A DNA stretch of 64,000 nucleotides from Podarcis tiliguerta (lineage: Eukaryota): the NCBI GenBank assembly GCA_965153285.1, contig OZ229116.1; one strand, 5' to 3'. Shown piece by piece: positions 12,690 through 23,700 of the stretch. Numbering within the stretch: the stretch's first letter is position 1; the number at the start of each line of letters is the position of its first letter. Both the position numbers and the translations under genes were made by a program. The notes below the pieces were generated by a model. That model saw only the letters and a list, made by a program, of their open reading frames with translations. It made no database searches and was not told where the DNA came from.

Positions 12690-13625
12690 ACCAGATGACA
12701 GAGCAGATCCAGGCACTCTTGGGAGGAAACTGATTTTCTAGATGCATTTCCATTGGGGTTTAGGCCTGGTTTTGACACAGAAACTGCTTTGGTCACCCTG
12801 AATGACCTCTGTTGGAAGACAGGGGAATTGTGCCCCTGTTAATGCTCCTTGACCTCAACCATGTTATCCTTCTGGAGTGGCTGTCTGAGTTAGGAGGGGT
12901 CGGCACTGCTTTGTGGTGGTTCCGGTCCTACTTGGATGGTCGTTTCTAGAGGGTGATACATGAAACCACTGAGTTTTGGAGTACTTTGTCAGCATTTTGC
13001 TGGCACACTTCTCCTTTACATCTGCAGGTGTAGCAGTAGATCTGCTGGATCGTTCTTGCCTCAGTAATGGACTGGAGAGCCAATAAACTGAAGCTCAATC
13101 CAGGTTAGACTGAGGCATAGATAGGATGGGTGGGAGGTTTCCTGAACACATAGCATCAATCTGAGTCTGACTTGCACTGGCTGCCAATTAGTTTGTGGGT
13201 CCAATTCAAAGTTCTGGTTTTTACATATAAAGACTTAAAAGGCTGAGGGGTGTAAGGTGAAGGGCCGCCTCTCCCCATATGAATCAACCCAGACCGTGAT
13301 CATCATCTGAGTCCCTCTTTTGTGTGCCCCCTCCACGAGAGGTCCAGAGGGTTGCTCCCCATTTGTAGAATATTCTCCCCCGGAAGGCTCACCTGGCACC
13401 ATCATTATTTACCTTTAGGCCCCAGGCAAAAACTTCCCTCTATAACCAGGCCTTTGGCTTTTAACTATTTGTGGCATTTTCAAAGTGGATGGGATGTTTT
13501 TTAAATGTATTTCTTTTTCCTCTTGGTTTTAATGTATCTATGTGGCGTTTATTGTCTGTCTGCTTAGTTGTAAGTCTCTTTGGGTTTCCTGAGTACTATA
13601 AAACACACTGACAAATTTAATAAAC
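12690..13625 (+). mobile_element. Degenerate, internally deleted L2 LINE (RT region to 3' UTR)
   Basis: Decayed GFRPG..TETALV, LLDL, WFRSYL and LKLNP-like motifs; the 3' part resembles 20640-20700 and 41400-41490. Confidence 0.7.
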
Positions 13626-14294
13626 AAAAAGAAGGAAGTATTTTTATTTGGAATCATTGCTTTATTGAGTTTTATGTTTCAGTAGAATTGAGAGGATGAA
13701 AACTCACAATTAACCTACAAATATTTTTATAGATGAGTGACAGTCCTGAAAAGATGTAGGGGGTTGTTTGAAAATGCCAAAACATTTCCCTTTCTGAAGG
13801 GTATGGACACATATGTCTAGAATACAGGAAACAACTAAAACTTCTAATAACAGCAGTACTTCATTCTTCCACATGAAAAGAGAAAACTATCCCCTACTAG
13901 AGAACCATGGTTTCAATGCTCCTGAAGAGGCTGTGCCACTCTTTTGCTCCTTTCACAACCCCTAAATCTCAATAGAGGCCACTAGAGTGAAAGTAGGTAA
14001 TGTAGGAGACTATTAGTTATGCTACTACAAAATGTGTTGTGATTTGCATGGCTTAAGATATTTGATTTTATCATGTTAGGTCTGCAACTATTGCCTTAGT
14101 TGTACATCTAAACTGCTTTAACTATGGTAATCTGATTAGCTTTTAGTACTGTTGTGTTGGGCTTAGGTAGCAATCCTCTACACAAGAAGCTGGTGTAAAT
14201 TAAGCTGGTGTAAAGTTACACCAGATCCAAACTCTGTTCAGTCGCAGGGTTGCTGCTGACAGAGGGAAAAGAATAGTGTTTGAGTTACACTATA

Positions 14295-15583
14295 CAGTGG
14301 TACCTTGGGTTAAGAACTTAATTCGTTCGGGAGGTCTGTTCTTAACCTGAAACTGTTCTTAACCTGAAGTACCACTTTAGCTAATGGGGCCTCCCGCTGC
14401 CGCCACACCGCCGGAGCACGATTTCTGTTCTCATCCTGAAGCAAGGTAATATTTCTGGGTTAGCAGAGTCTGCAACCTAGAATCATAGAATCATAGAGTT
14501 GGAAGAGACCACAAGGGTCATCGAGTCCAACCCCCTGCCAAGCAGGAAACACCATCAGAGCACTCCTGACATATGGTTGTCAAGCCTCTGCTTAAAGACC
14601 TCCAAAGAAGGAGACTCCACCACACTCCTTGGCAGCAAATTCCACTGTCGAACAGCTCTTACTGTCAGGAAGTTCTTCCTAATGTTTAGGTGGAATCTTC
14701 TTTCTTGTAGTTTGTATCCATTGCTCCGTGTCCGCTTCTCTGGAGCAGCAGAAAACAACCTTTCTCCCTCCTCTATGTGACATCCTTTTATATATTTGAA
14801 CATGGCTATCATATCACCCCTTAACCTCCTCTTCTCCAGGCTAAACATGCCCAGCTCCCTTAGCCGATCCTCATAAGGCATTGTTTCCAGGCCTTTGACC
14901 ATTTTGGTTGCCCTCCTCTGTACACGTTCTAGTTTGTCAGTGTCCTTCTTGAACTGTGGTGCCCAGAACTGGACACAGTACTCCAGGTGAGGTCTGACCA
15001 GAGCAGAATACAGTGGCACTATAACTTCCCTTGATCTAGATGCTATACTCCTATTGATGCAGCCCAGAATTGCATTGGCTTTTTTAGCTGCCGCGTCACA
15101 CTGTTGGCTCATGTTAAGTTTGTGGTCAACCAAGACTCCTAGATCCTTTTCACATGTACTGCTCTCAAGCCAGGTGTCACCCATCTTGTATTTGTGCCTC
15201 TCATTTTTTTTGCCCAAGTGCAATACTTTACATTTCTCCCTGTTAAAATTCATCTTGTTTGTTTTGGCCCAGTTCTCTAATCTGTCAAGGTCGTTTTGAA
15301 GTGTGATCCTGTCTTCTGGGGTGTTAGCCACCCCTCCCAGTTTGGTGTCATCTGCAAATTTGATCAGGATGCCCTTGAGTCCATCATCCAAGTCGTTGAT
15401 AAAGATGTTGAATAAGACCGGGCCCAAGACAGAACCCTGTGGCACCCCACTAGTCACTCTTCTCCAGGATGAAGAGGAACCATTGATGAGCACCCTTTGG
15501 GTCCGGTCAGTCAGCCAGTTACAAATCCACTGAGTGGTAGCATAGTCAAGAAGCTGAAGTGTATGTAACCCGAGGTACCACTG
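14295..15583. mobile_element. Tc1/mariner-type MITE (family A) split by a CR1 insertion
   Basis: TA-CAGTGGTACCTTGGG at 14293; MITE body to ~14478, resuming ~15554 and ending CCCGAGGTACCACTG-TA. Confidence 0.9.
14478..15551 (-). mobile_element. 5'-truncated CR1 LINE with an uninterrupted RT C-terminal ORF (14555-15493)
   Basis: [30 protein letters not shown] and [11 protein letters not shown] motifs; (ATTCTATG)n 3' tail. Confidence 0.97.
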
Positions 15584-17207
15584 TACTTTTTTGCCAGCTT
15601 AATTTATGCCAGGTTGCAAGGTCACATGACCAAGCTTAGTGAGTTTAGGACCCAGACCCCACCCCTCTGGTCCTGTCTCTGCCATGCCCCGCCCTCATCT
15701 CTTTTTCATGACTTACTTTGGCTGAACCAAAGATGAGGGAGATAAGGCAATAGAGCCTAACCTGCTCACCTTGGTGAATCTAGCAGTAGGATGGCTCCCT
15801 TAATGTTTTATTGATAGGACTGGTTTGTGGGTTCTCAACTAGGAACCACAGATTACCTCAATTACATCTCTTGTTGTTGTTCCCATGCAGCTATTCTTAC
15901 TACGAATATTGTTTTTTTAATTGTAAGAACAAAAGAATCACCTGCTGGTTCAGGCCAAAGACCCATATAGCCCAGCACTCTGTCTTCCCATTGGCTAACC
16001 AAATGTCTATGGGATGTTTGCAAGCAGAACTTGCATGCAGCAGTGTACACACCCTAAATGTCAAATGAAGACCTGCATAAGCCAAGAATTCTGGAACATC
16101 TTGTCTTTAACAAGAAGTAGGCATATGCAAAAATCCTCCTCTCATGTTTTCAGACATTAAGATGCAGAAGTGCTCCTGCAAGTAGCTTCAAGACAATAAC
16201 TAGAATCCTTCAGTGAGCATCAGTTTTAATGGGATTTAAGCAGAGGAGTGTAGTCCAAATGGGAAATTGTCCTAAAGGGCTACCATTTTCAATTCTTTAC
16301 TGAGATCAGATTGTTTAGTTCTGAATGTTTTTCTTAGTAAAACCTATCACCTCCTCTTCCACAGTGCATGTAAGTGTGAAAGATTATAAATGTCAGAAAA
16401 ACATTTCCTCAGTTAGAATTTGTTAGAATTGTGAAATAAATAAATAAAACAGATGACAAACCGCCCAAAATAATGCTGTCATCACCCTCAGAATGTCAGC
16501 TGTCCACAGCAAAAATAAATGAGTATATTGTTGGCTAAATGTGACAAGAATGCTGAGTAGCTAAGTAGAGGGAACTACTATACATGTAACATTTTAAAAC
16601 AAACGATATATTAAAGGCTTAGGAAAGCAATGAATGCTCAGCTTGCACAGCCAAAACTAGCCATACAAGGTCATTGCTCAGGAATGAGAAAACATGGGCA
16701 TGCCAAGAGAACTCAGCCAAACACTACTTCACCACGGGGGAGATATGCTAAGCCAGCAAAGGACTCATTCCCAGTCTAAAAGGTTTTAGGCCTTTCCGCA
16801 CAAATGGCACTGAAATCATCTTTCCACCCACCCGGCTTCCCCTCTTGCATTTCCCACTGCTGCAACAGAAATAGAAAACTTGCACCAGGTGCTAGAGTAT
16901 ATACCTGCATTAAAAATGGTTCTCTCAAGTTTCCTGTGCCAATATCCTCCATGTGATGCATCCCATGCCACAAGCAATCCCTCCCAAAGCTCCTGAAAGC
17001 ACCCTTCCCTCCCCCTCTTGTCTTGAACTGATTTTTGTAAAAAAAGCATGTAAAGACCTCATCATCCCCACCTTCAAAGAAACAAGATTCACCAAAACAG
17101 TTATGCAGTAAGGAAGATAACATTGAGAAGCTCGGACCTTAAAACTTGTCAGTTTTAGATAGGAAGAGTCATTGTTGCTGTCACTCTTTTATATTATTAC
17201 TGTTGTT

Positions 17208-17347
17208 CGGTGATTTTTTTTTCTGGGGGGACGCACACCCCTAAACATTTTGTGAATCTAAGTTTGGCCTCATTGAGGGGCAGTGTTTCAAATTGAGTAG
17301 GAAAATGAGAGTACCCCTAAACATTTTTTTTTGGGGGGGGGACACTG
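17208..17347. mobile_element. Non-autonomous hAT-type element (same ends as the 8224 copy)
   Basis: Perfect 8-bp TSD CTGTTGTT (17200-17207, 17348-17355); ends CGGTG...CACTG. Confidence 0.8.
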
Positions 17348-17759
17348 CTGTTGTTGCTGCTGTTATTATTACTGGCTTCAGCAGCCTGCCAAGCAAATCC
17401 CTGAGAACCTAAGGGTGGCCTGCCTGGGACTAACCACCTACTGGACCCTTCAAGTCAGCCTCGCTTCATAGATTAACAAGCCTAGCCCTGCCTTCCTCCC
17501 CGTCTGAGGAGCAGCCTTGCCCAGGACCAGATTTAGGTTTGATGAGGCCCTAAGCCCTTTACATGTCCAGCTGTCCTTTGTCAACAAATTGCCGCTGTTT
17601 TTTTGTGTTCAATATATGCTATATGGTCATTTATGGAGACCCAATAGGTCCACACACAACACAATTGCTGTATGTAGGTTTTATTTTATTTCTTTTTTAT
17701 TTTCTATTTTGGAAATGTACATCCAGGGTTCTTTTCCCCTGTAATTTTTTTTTTGGGGG

Positions 17760-18850
17760 GGGGCCCGGGGCCTTAAACTATAGCTTGTTTAGCTTCTACG
17801 TAAATCTGGCACTGGCCTTGCCCCTTGGCGACGAGTTCTGCAAACAGGGAAAGGAAGGGCTGGGCAAGGGAGGAGCAGCAGCAGCAGCAGCGCACCAAAC
17901 GGCCAAGGGGGGGAAAGGCGAGGCGGAGGCGCTTTACGCAGGCGGCTTGCGCCCACCTTCCCGGCCCATTCTCGGGGGTCGGCGAAGGACCTTCTCCCGC
18001 CGCCTTCCCGGAGGAGGCCACCATTTCTTGCCTCCCTCCGGCACCTCCCTTCTTCCCAGCTCCGGAGGAACACACAAAGGCTCGGCCCTCCTCTCTCTCT
18101 CGCGCGCGCGGCGCCTGCAGCCTTTTCCTCAGCGGAGAAGGCCTCCTCCCCGGGCCTTCTCCTCGCATCCCTCCCTTACCGTCCAGCTCTTCCATGGCGC
18201 CGCCGCCCCTTCAAGGCTCCAGCTCCCCGCCGCCGCCGCGAGTGTGGCCGCTGCTGTAGCAACCCGGCCGCCTCCCCGGCGCCAGCATCCCCCGCGCCCA
18301 TTGGCTTCCCGGCGCAAGGAAGGGTGGGGAGGTGGGCGGCGCGGCGCGCGCAGTGCGCATGGGATGGGCCGCCTTTGGAGACGCCCGGGACGCGTTCGGT
18401 TTCGCCTCCAAGGTCGCCCGGGTGTGATTTTCACAGCACCGTCCAGCCCGTGGGCGTTTGGGCGGCCTCCCCGCGACCTCCCGCCACGATTATTGCTCAA
18501 CATTTTCCGGTAGCCTGAGGCGTCTCTCTCTCTCTCACACACGCAGGCATATAACCCCATGTCATATAAGACATATAACCCCACCCCATGTCTTTTGCGT
18601 GACGAGCAGAAATGCAAGGAATGTTCCGCAGGAATATCTTTCTCTCTGCAAGGGGTGATTCGCGTAGGGGCGTGTGTGGAGGGCATTAGGAAAAGTGTGA
18701 GGTTTTCCCCACCCACGCCGGCAGGCTAAAGGGACAGCAGCAGCATCGTGGCGAAAAGCAATCAAAACCGCAGCTTTTTGCTGACGTGCACCTGTTGAGT
18801 TAACTAGTGCGGTGCATGGCTGTTAAAAGGAGATTTGCCGGGGGGCGAAA
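17760..18850 (-). promoter_or_regulatory. ZC2HC1A: CpG island / ZC2HC1A promoter and first exon
   Basis: The only strongly GC- and CpG-rich kilobase in the window. CCAAT on the minus strand at 18300-18304, GGGCGG GC boxes, TGCGCA motif near 18355; surrounds the start codon. Confidence 0.9.
18180..18195 (-). CDS. ZC2HC1A: ZC2HC1A coding exon 1 (MEELD + G)
   Basis: Strong Kozak GGCGCCATGG, 16 coding nt, GTAAGG donor; phase fits exon 2 across a ~14.9-kb intron. Confidence 0.9.
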
Positions 18851-19182
18851 CGATGCAAGAAAAAAGCGGGGGTTCTTGTGCATATTTAATAGTTATATAG
18901 TAGAGGGAATTTCAGAAGGTGTTGCTTACAGGCTATGACAATGTCTCTTGCTTTCCCTGATGTAGAGAGGTTTGTGGGCTTTGTGTGGTTCAAAAGTAGT
19001 CTAATGTACAAGGTAACAAGGCACATCCAGTGCATCACCCACTTTTGTATCTGTCTCTCTGCTTGCTGCTGGCATGTGGCCCCACAATATTTCCTGCAAT
19101 TGAATGTGGCTGCCTTGAAAATTGTTTTCCACCCCTCTGCTGCAATAGCGAAATAATCATTACAAGTCTTCAGGGTTTTTGC

Positions 19183-19357
19183 CAGTGCTTTTTTCGGGGG
19201 GGGGGGGATGCATGGGTACACATACTCCTAAACATTTTGTGAATCTTTGTACCTTTGTCCATTTACTGTATTTATTTTTCCTAATTTGAACTATAAAGTG
19301 GTGATTTTCTTGAGTCAAAATAAGAGTACCCCTAAACATTTTTTAAAGAAAAAAATG
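19183..19357. mobile_element. Non-autonomous hAT-type element (CAGTG family), right end damaged
   Basis: Shares CAGTG-T-run-G-run, CCTAAACATTTTGTGAATCT and GAGTACCCCTAAACATTTTT blocks with the 8224 and 17208 copies. Confidence 0.65.
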
Positions 19358-20589
19358 GTTTTAGGATTTTCTGTGTGTAATGCTGTAGGATAAACTTCGT
19401 CATGGCCTCGCATATCTTTCAGAGATGAGGCCAAGAACACTTGGTTTTACTTTAAAAAAGCAAAGAGGCTGATAGAAATGCAGTAGGCAAACCAGAATGT
19501 CAAATGCTACTTCTAGTTGGATACACACTGTACTGTACATTCAAAGCTCATCTGAAGCACAGTTTCCTCAAAGCATTCTGGGCACTGTAGTTTGCTAAGG
19601 GTTGCTGGAAATAGTAACTCCTTGAGGGATAGATTACAGTGCCCAGAATTTGTCGAGAGAAATAATGTTTTCCCCCTCCCTCCAAAAATGTAGTGTGTAC
19701 ACTGCTGGCGTGCTGCATTTAAGATGGTTTGTTGTGAAGAGGAATAATGAAGTGTTTTCATACATGAAGCTTACATTCATTTTTCATTAAGCATATGAAA
19801 CATCCCCACTATCCCCCAATCCCCATTTTCTGTAGTAATTAAATTGAAATACATGTAACTGAAATTATTTTCCATTTATCCATCCTTCCATTTCCCTCCC
19901 ACTTTGTTTTCCTTTTGTCTCTTAGATTGTTCTTGTGGTTTCAGATTATAGGCTCCTTGAGGAAGAGTTCACCTTCTTCATGCTAAAGCACCATGTACAT
20001 AAATATGCACACACACAGTCGTACACTCCCCCCCCCCATTGAAAATATCCAAAGGTGCTCTAGCAGATTGGGTTTCTTAGGGTAGGACATATCTGGAATA
20101 CTGCATTCAGCAGCAGTGTCCTAGCAGAAATCAGAAATGTCCGGGGAAATCTGGATGTATGGCGACCTGTGTCAGCAGTGCCATTTTGGGTGATTTTCCA
20201 TAATAGCTCAAAAATGGCTTTTTTGTAATTTTTCCAAAAAAAGCTTAAAACTTTAAGCAACTCAACAACTTTTTTGTCTGGATTTTTACTGTTGGAAATA
20301 TGGCAACCCTAGTTTTCTTCTTTTGAAAACAATCCCACACATTTCAAGCTTACAGCCCTTTACCAAGGACATGCCCTGCTTACAACTCTTCCTAGGAAGA
20401 TCAAATGATATTTCCTTGCAACACATTTCTGTCTCAACATGTGCATGGTATACAAACACACACCATTCCACACCCCTGCCATGGAATCTTCACACTGCTT
20501 TTAAAACCCAGGACAGATCTGGTTCCACTTTCAATATTTGTCTTCCAAGAAGCAGTGTTGGAATTTTTGAAGAACTTGCAGTAAATGTA

Positions 20590-20798
20590 CCTTAGATTGC
20601 CTCGCAGCCTCAGATTACAGAACTCCTCCAGAGTATGCCTTCATTATACACCTTTAGGCACCAGGCGAAAACGTTCCCCTTTAACCAGGCCTTGGGCTGA
20701 TTTGATTGACAGCCTATGCCTTTTAAAATGTGTTGGGGCGTTATTGGGTATAGGGCAGTATATAAATTTAATTAACAACAACAACAACAACAACAACA
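20590..20798 (+). mobile_element. L2 3' fragment with (CAA)n tail
   Basis: CCTTTAGGCACCAGGCGAAAAC..TAACCAGGCCTT resembles the L2 end at 13410-13457. Confidence 0.55.
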
Positions 20799-23700
20799 CC
20801 TGTTCCCCATAAAGCTGACAAGCAGAATACAGGAGACACAATGGTAGGCAGCTGCAAAAAATAAAGAGGCCATTGACTTGCTAAGTGGAGAAATTGGTGG
20901 GCAAGGACAAGGAGATGTGAAGAAACTGAGGCATTGTGGGATTTCAGAAATGGAGAATGGATTGAAGAAGGAACAAGAGCTCATGGAGCAAGTGTGATAA
21001 GGTCAGCAGACCCCCGTTATCAGCAACCTAAGCACCCTACAGAAACAGTATATCACACCCACAGGGCAATAAGAGAACTGTCATGCACACCCTAGCGATA
21101 AAAAGGGACACCCTAACGAGATAAGGGAGTTGTATCAAGAGTAAACGGCTTCTCACACTCCATGATAAAGTGAGAAGACAACAGTTAAAGCTAAGATCCC
21201 AAAAGAACTGGATTGAGACAAAGTTCCAATTGTGGTTCTGCTGCTCAGGTGCTGAGATTCCAAGACAGACTGATCATCTTCAGAGGTTTTCTTTTGGCAA
21301 ACATCATCTGTTGATGGAGAAACAGTCTGCCTCAAGAGAGGCTATATGCTGTTTGCTTCCTTCCGACCCTTCTCTCATTCTTTCTTACATTTTATGCACC
21401 ACCAGGTTAGGTTTTATGCTAATTTATGGTAGATCTCTGGATGATTTGCAGTAGATCAGCAAAGATTTCTTATGGCTCATCCACACCTTCCTTGAGTGTG
21501 CATTGTAAATTGCTTTGCTCCCCTTAAAATGTCTGACGTTCCCATGGTGTTTCCTGGAAATCACTTTTGTCCCACACTAACCCTCCATTTAATCCAGATT
21601 TTCTCCCACCTCCACAAATCTAGAAATGAGGGTGGAAAGTGTTTTTTAAGGACTGGGGGGCATTTGCTCACCTGTGTGTGGTGTTTGGACAACACCTGTC
21701 TACAAAAATTCAAGAGCTTGGTCAGATGGAGAGGATATTGGACCATCTTCAAAATATGCAAATACCTCGGGGAAATCAGGAAACACATATTTCTAAGTTT
21801 TTCGGCTTTCTTTGCCTAATCTGTCATTTTCTCAGAGCACCAAGCATCAATTAAAAAAATTTAAGGTGGTGGAAAGAGGGAAGGTGTCCAGGGAAAAAAC
21901 TTCAGCAATCCCACCCACCACTGTATCCAATGTGTTTTGACTATGCACAATTTTGGCTTTAGGCATGATCAGTGGAATGTAGCCCCTGTGTAAGTTGCAG
22001 GCTTAGTGTACTCTGATAGGTTTAAGAAATTGTTCCACAAGTTCCATTCATTTCAATGGAGGTAGAGCAGAACTTCTAGGTGAATTGTGCTCAAGAACTA
22101 GGGAAGGAGGGACTTCTTCAGATGTTGAAATTTAAATGTGGTTCCCACATTTACAGAGTCAAAGATCCTATCTAGTGGAGAATCAATGTGCATGCCTGGA
22201 CAACTCGCATGCTGTAATCTTCACACATATTTGTTCAATCACTCTCCCACACTACCAGGTGTGGAATAGTCACATGAACTGGGCACCCATGCATATAGGC
22301 CAATGCATGGAGCACATAGCTCCCACATGTTTTTTTTCACATGAGTGATGAAGAGACACCTATTTCTGTACAATGCAGACATTCCCCATTGTAACTTTAT
22401 AAAGCAGTCCTTTTTCTGGACCTCTCTGCATTTTAATAACCAAGATAGTTTATAGGCCTCACAATTCTAGCTCTCTGCTTAATGCTTGGAATGTATTTTG
22501 CTTACTTCCTCTTCTCCTTTCAGCTTACAAGAGAGTTCCATGCAATCAAGTGTTTTTTTCCCCATAAGTAATTTTATTTTCCTCTTAAAGTACTGTAGTT
22601 ACAAAAGTTAAAATACAGTGTAAGTACTCCCCCTACTGGCTCTGGGGGAAAAATGATTTTGGTTGCAAGCTTTCGCTTTGTACAAATTCTTGCTGCAAAG
22701 CATATACACGGATCCAGCCAAATGGAATAACTTTTTGAACTCCCTTTTGAGTTGAGTGAGAGAGAATGCTTATCTCCTTTTGAAATCAATGGGACCTGAA
22801 TGTGCTTTCTGCAACATATTGCTATGGCTGTTATCTTGGAGTGTTAGGGGTGTTAAGGGAGCGGTAGTACCTATAGTGGGAGACATGCCACGCTTCTTTG
22901 GGGGTAGTTTGTCCACCTTTGGTCCCCACCCTGCACTCAGCTCTCACCTGCGGCTTCTGGAAGCTGTTAGCATGCAGCAACGAACACACTCCAGGAAACG
23001 GCTTCAACTGGTCAGCTAAACCAGGTAAGGGTAGCTGATGGGTCTCCAAACCTGAGGTCAGTTAGGGATTTCCCTGCATGCAAAGGCAGGCTCTGGCAAA
23101 TTGAGCAAAGGAGACCAATAGTGGGTCCAAGAAGGCAGTTTCTGCACATGTTGTAGAGGGAAATGAGGAGCAGATGAGGTCCATCAACCTGGGAAGGTAC
23201 CCCTCTAGGAGAAGCAAAACTCTGATCCTAAATTTCTGCTGCCTTGTGGCTACACTCATTCACGAGAAAGGCTTTGGGACTAAACCCCAAGGAAAAATCT
23301 GTACCTGCTGCCTTGCAGGACATCTTTGGGAGAAGAAAAGGCGAAGGAGTAAACCATACACAAATCTGGAGTGAAGTCCCTAAGACAGATGGCGTCTTGT
23401 ATGCCTGATTCGAGCAGCTCCTGCAGATAAGCTGGTGCCAAATGTATTGCTCTGTTTTCCTTTGGACTACATCAGCGAGGCCAAGAGGGGATGGGTCTTG
23501 TTGTCTGGGCAGCCCAGGGCCTTCATACACACTACCCAAGAGAGGTCACTTCGGTGCTGTAACACAGCAGAAACAATGCAGGAGGCAGCAGATACGAGTT
23601 CCTGGTATCTGCAACCACAGCAGGTACTGTGATTCTCCAGCGGTTTGACTTCACCCAGGGGGCACATTCCATTGTCTCTTAAGACAGACAGATGCCAACA

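Noticed and set aside
14555-15493. 312-aa reverse-transcriptase ORF as a host gene, retron or domesticated RT
   Set aside because: It is a 5'-truncated CR1 with the diagnostic 3' tail, inserted inside a MITE, with no promoter or N-terminal domains.
17563-18513. 316-aa plus-strand ORF and other long ORFs over the CpG island
   Set aside because: Low-complexity Pro/Arg/Gly/Ala translation expected from stop-poor GC-rich DNA, antisense to ZC2HC1A exon 1. The 17773-18195 ORF is exon 1 reading through its splice donor.
20990-21305. Possible LTR-like segment
   Set aside because: Could not define TG..CA ends, a TSD or a TATA/poly(A) arrangement.
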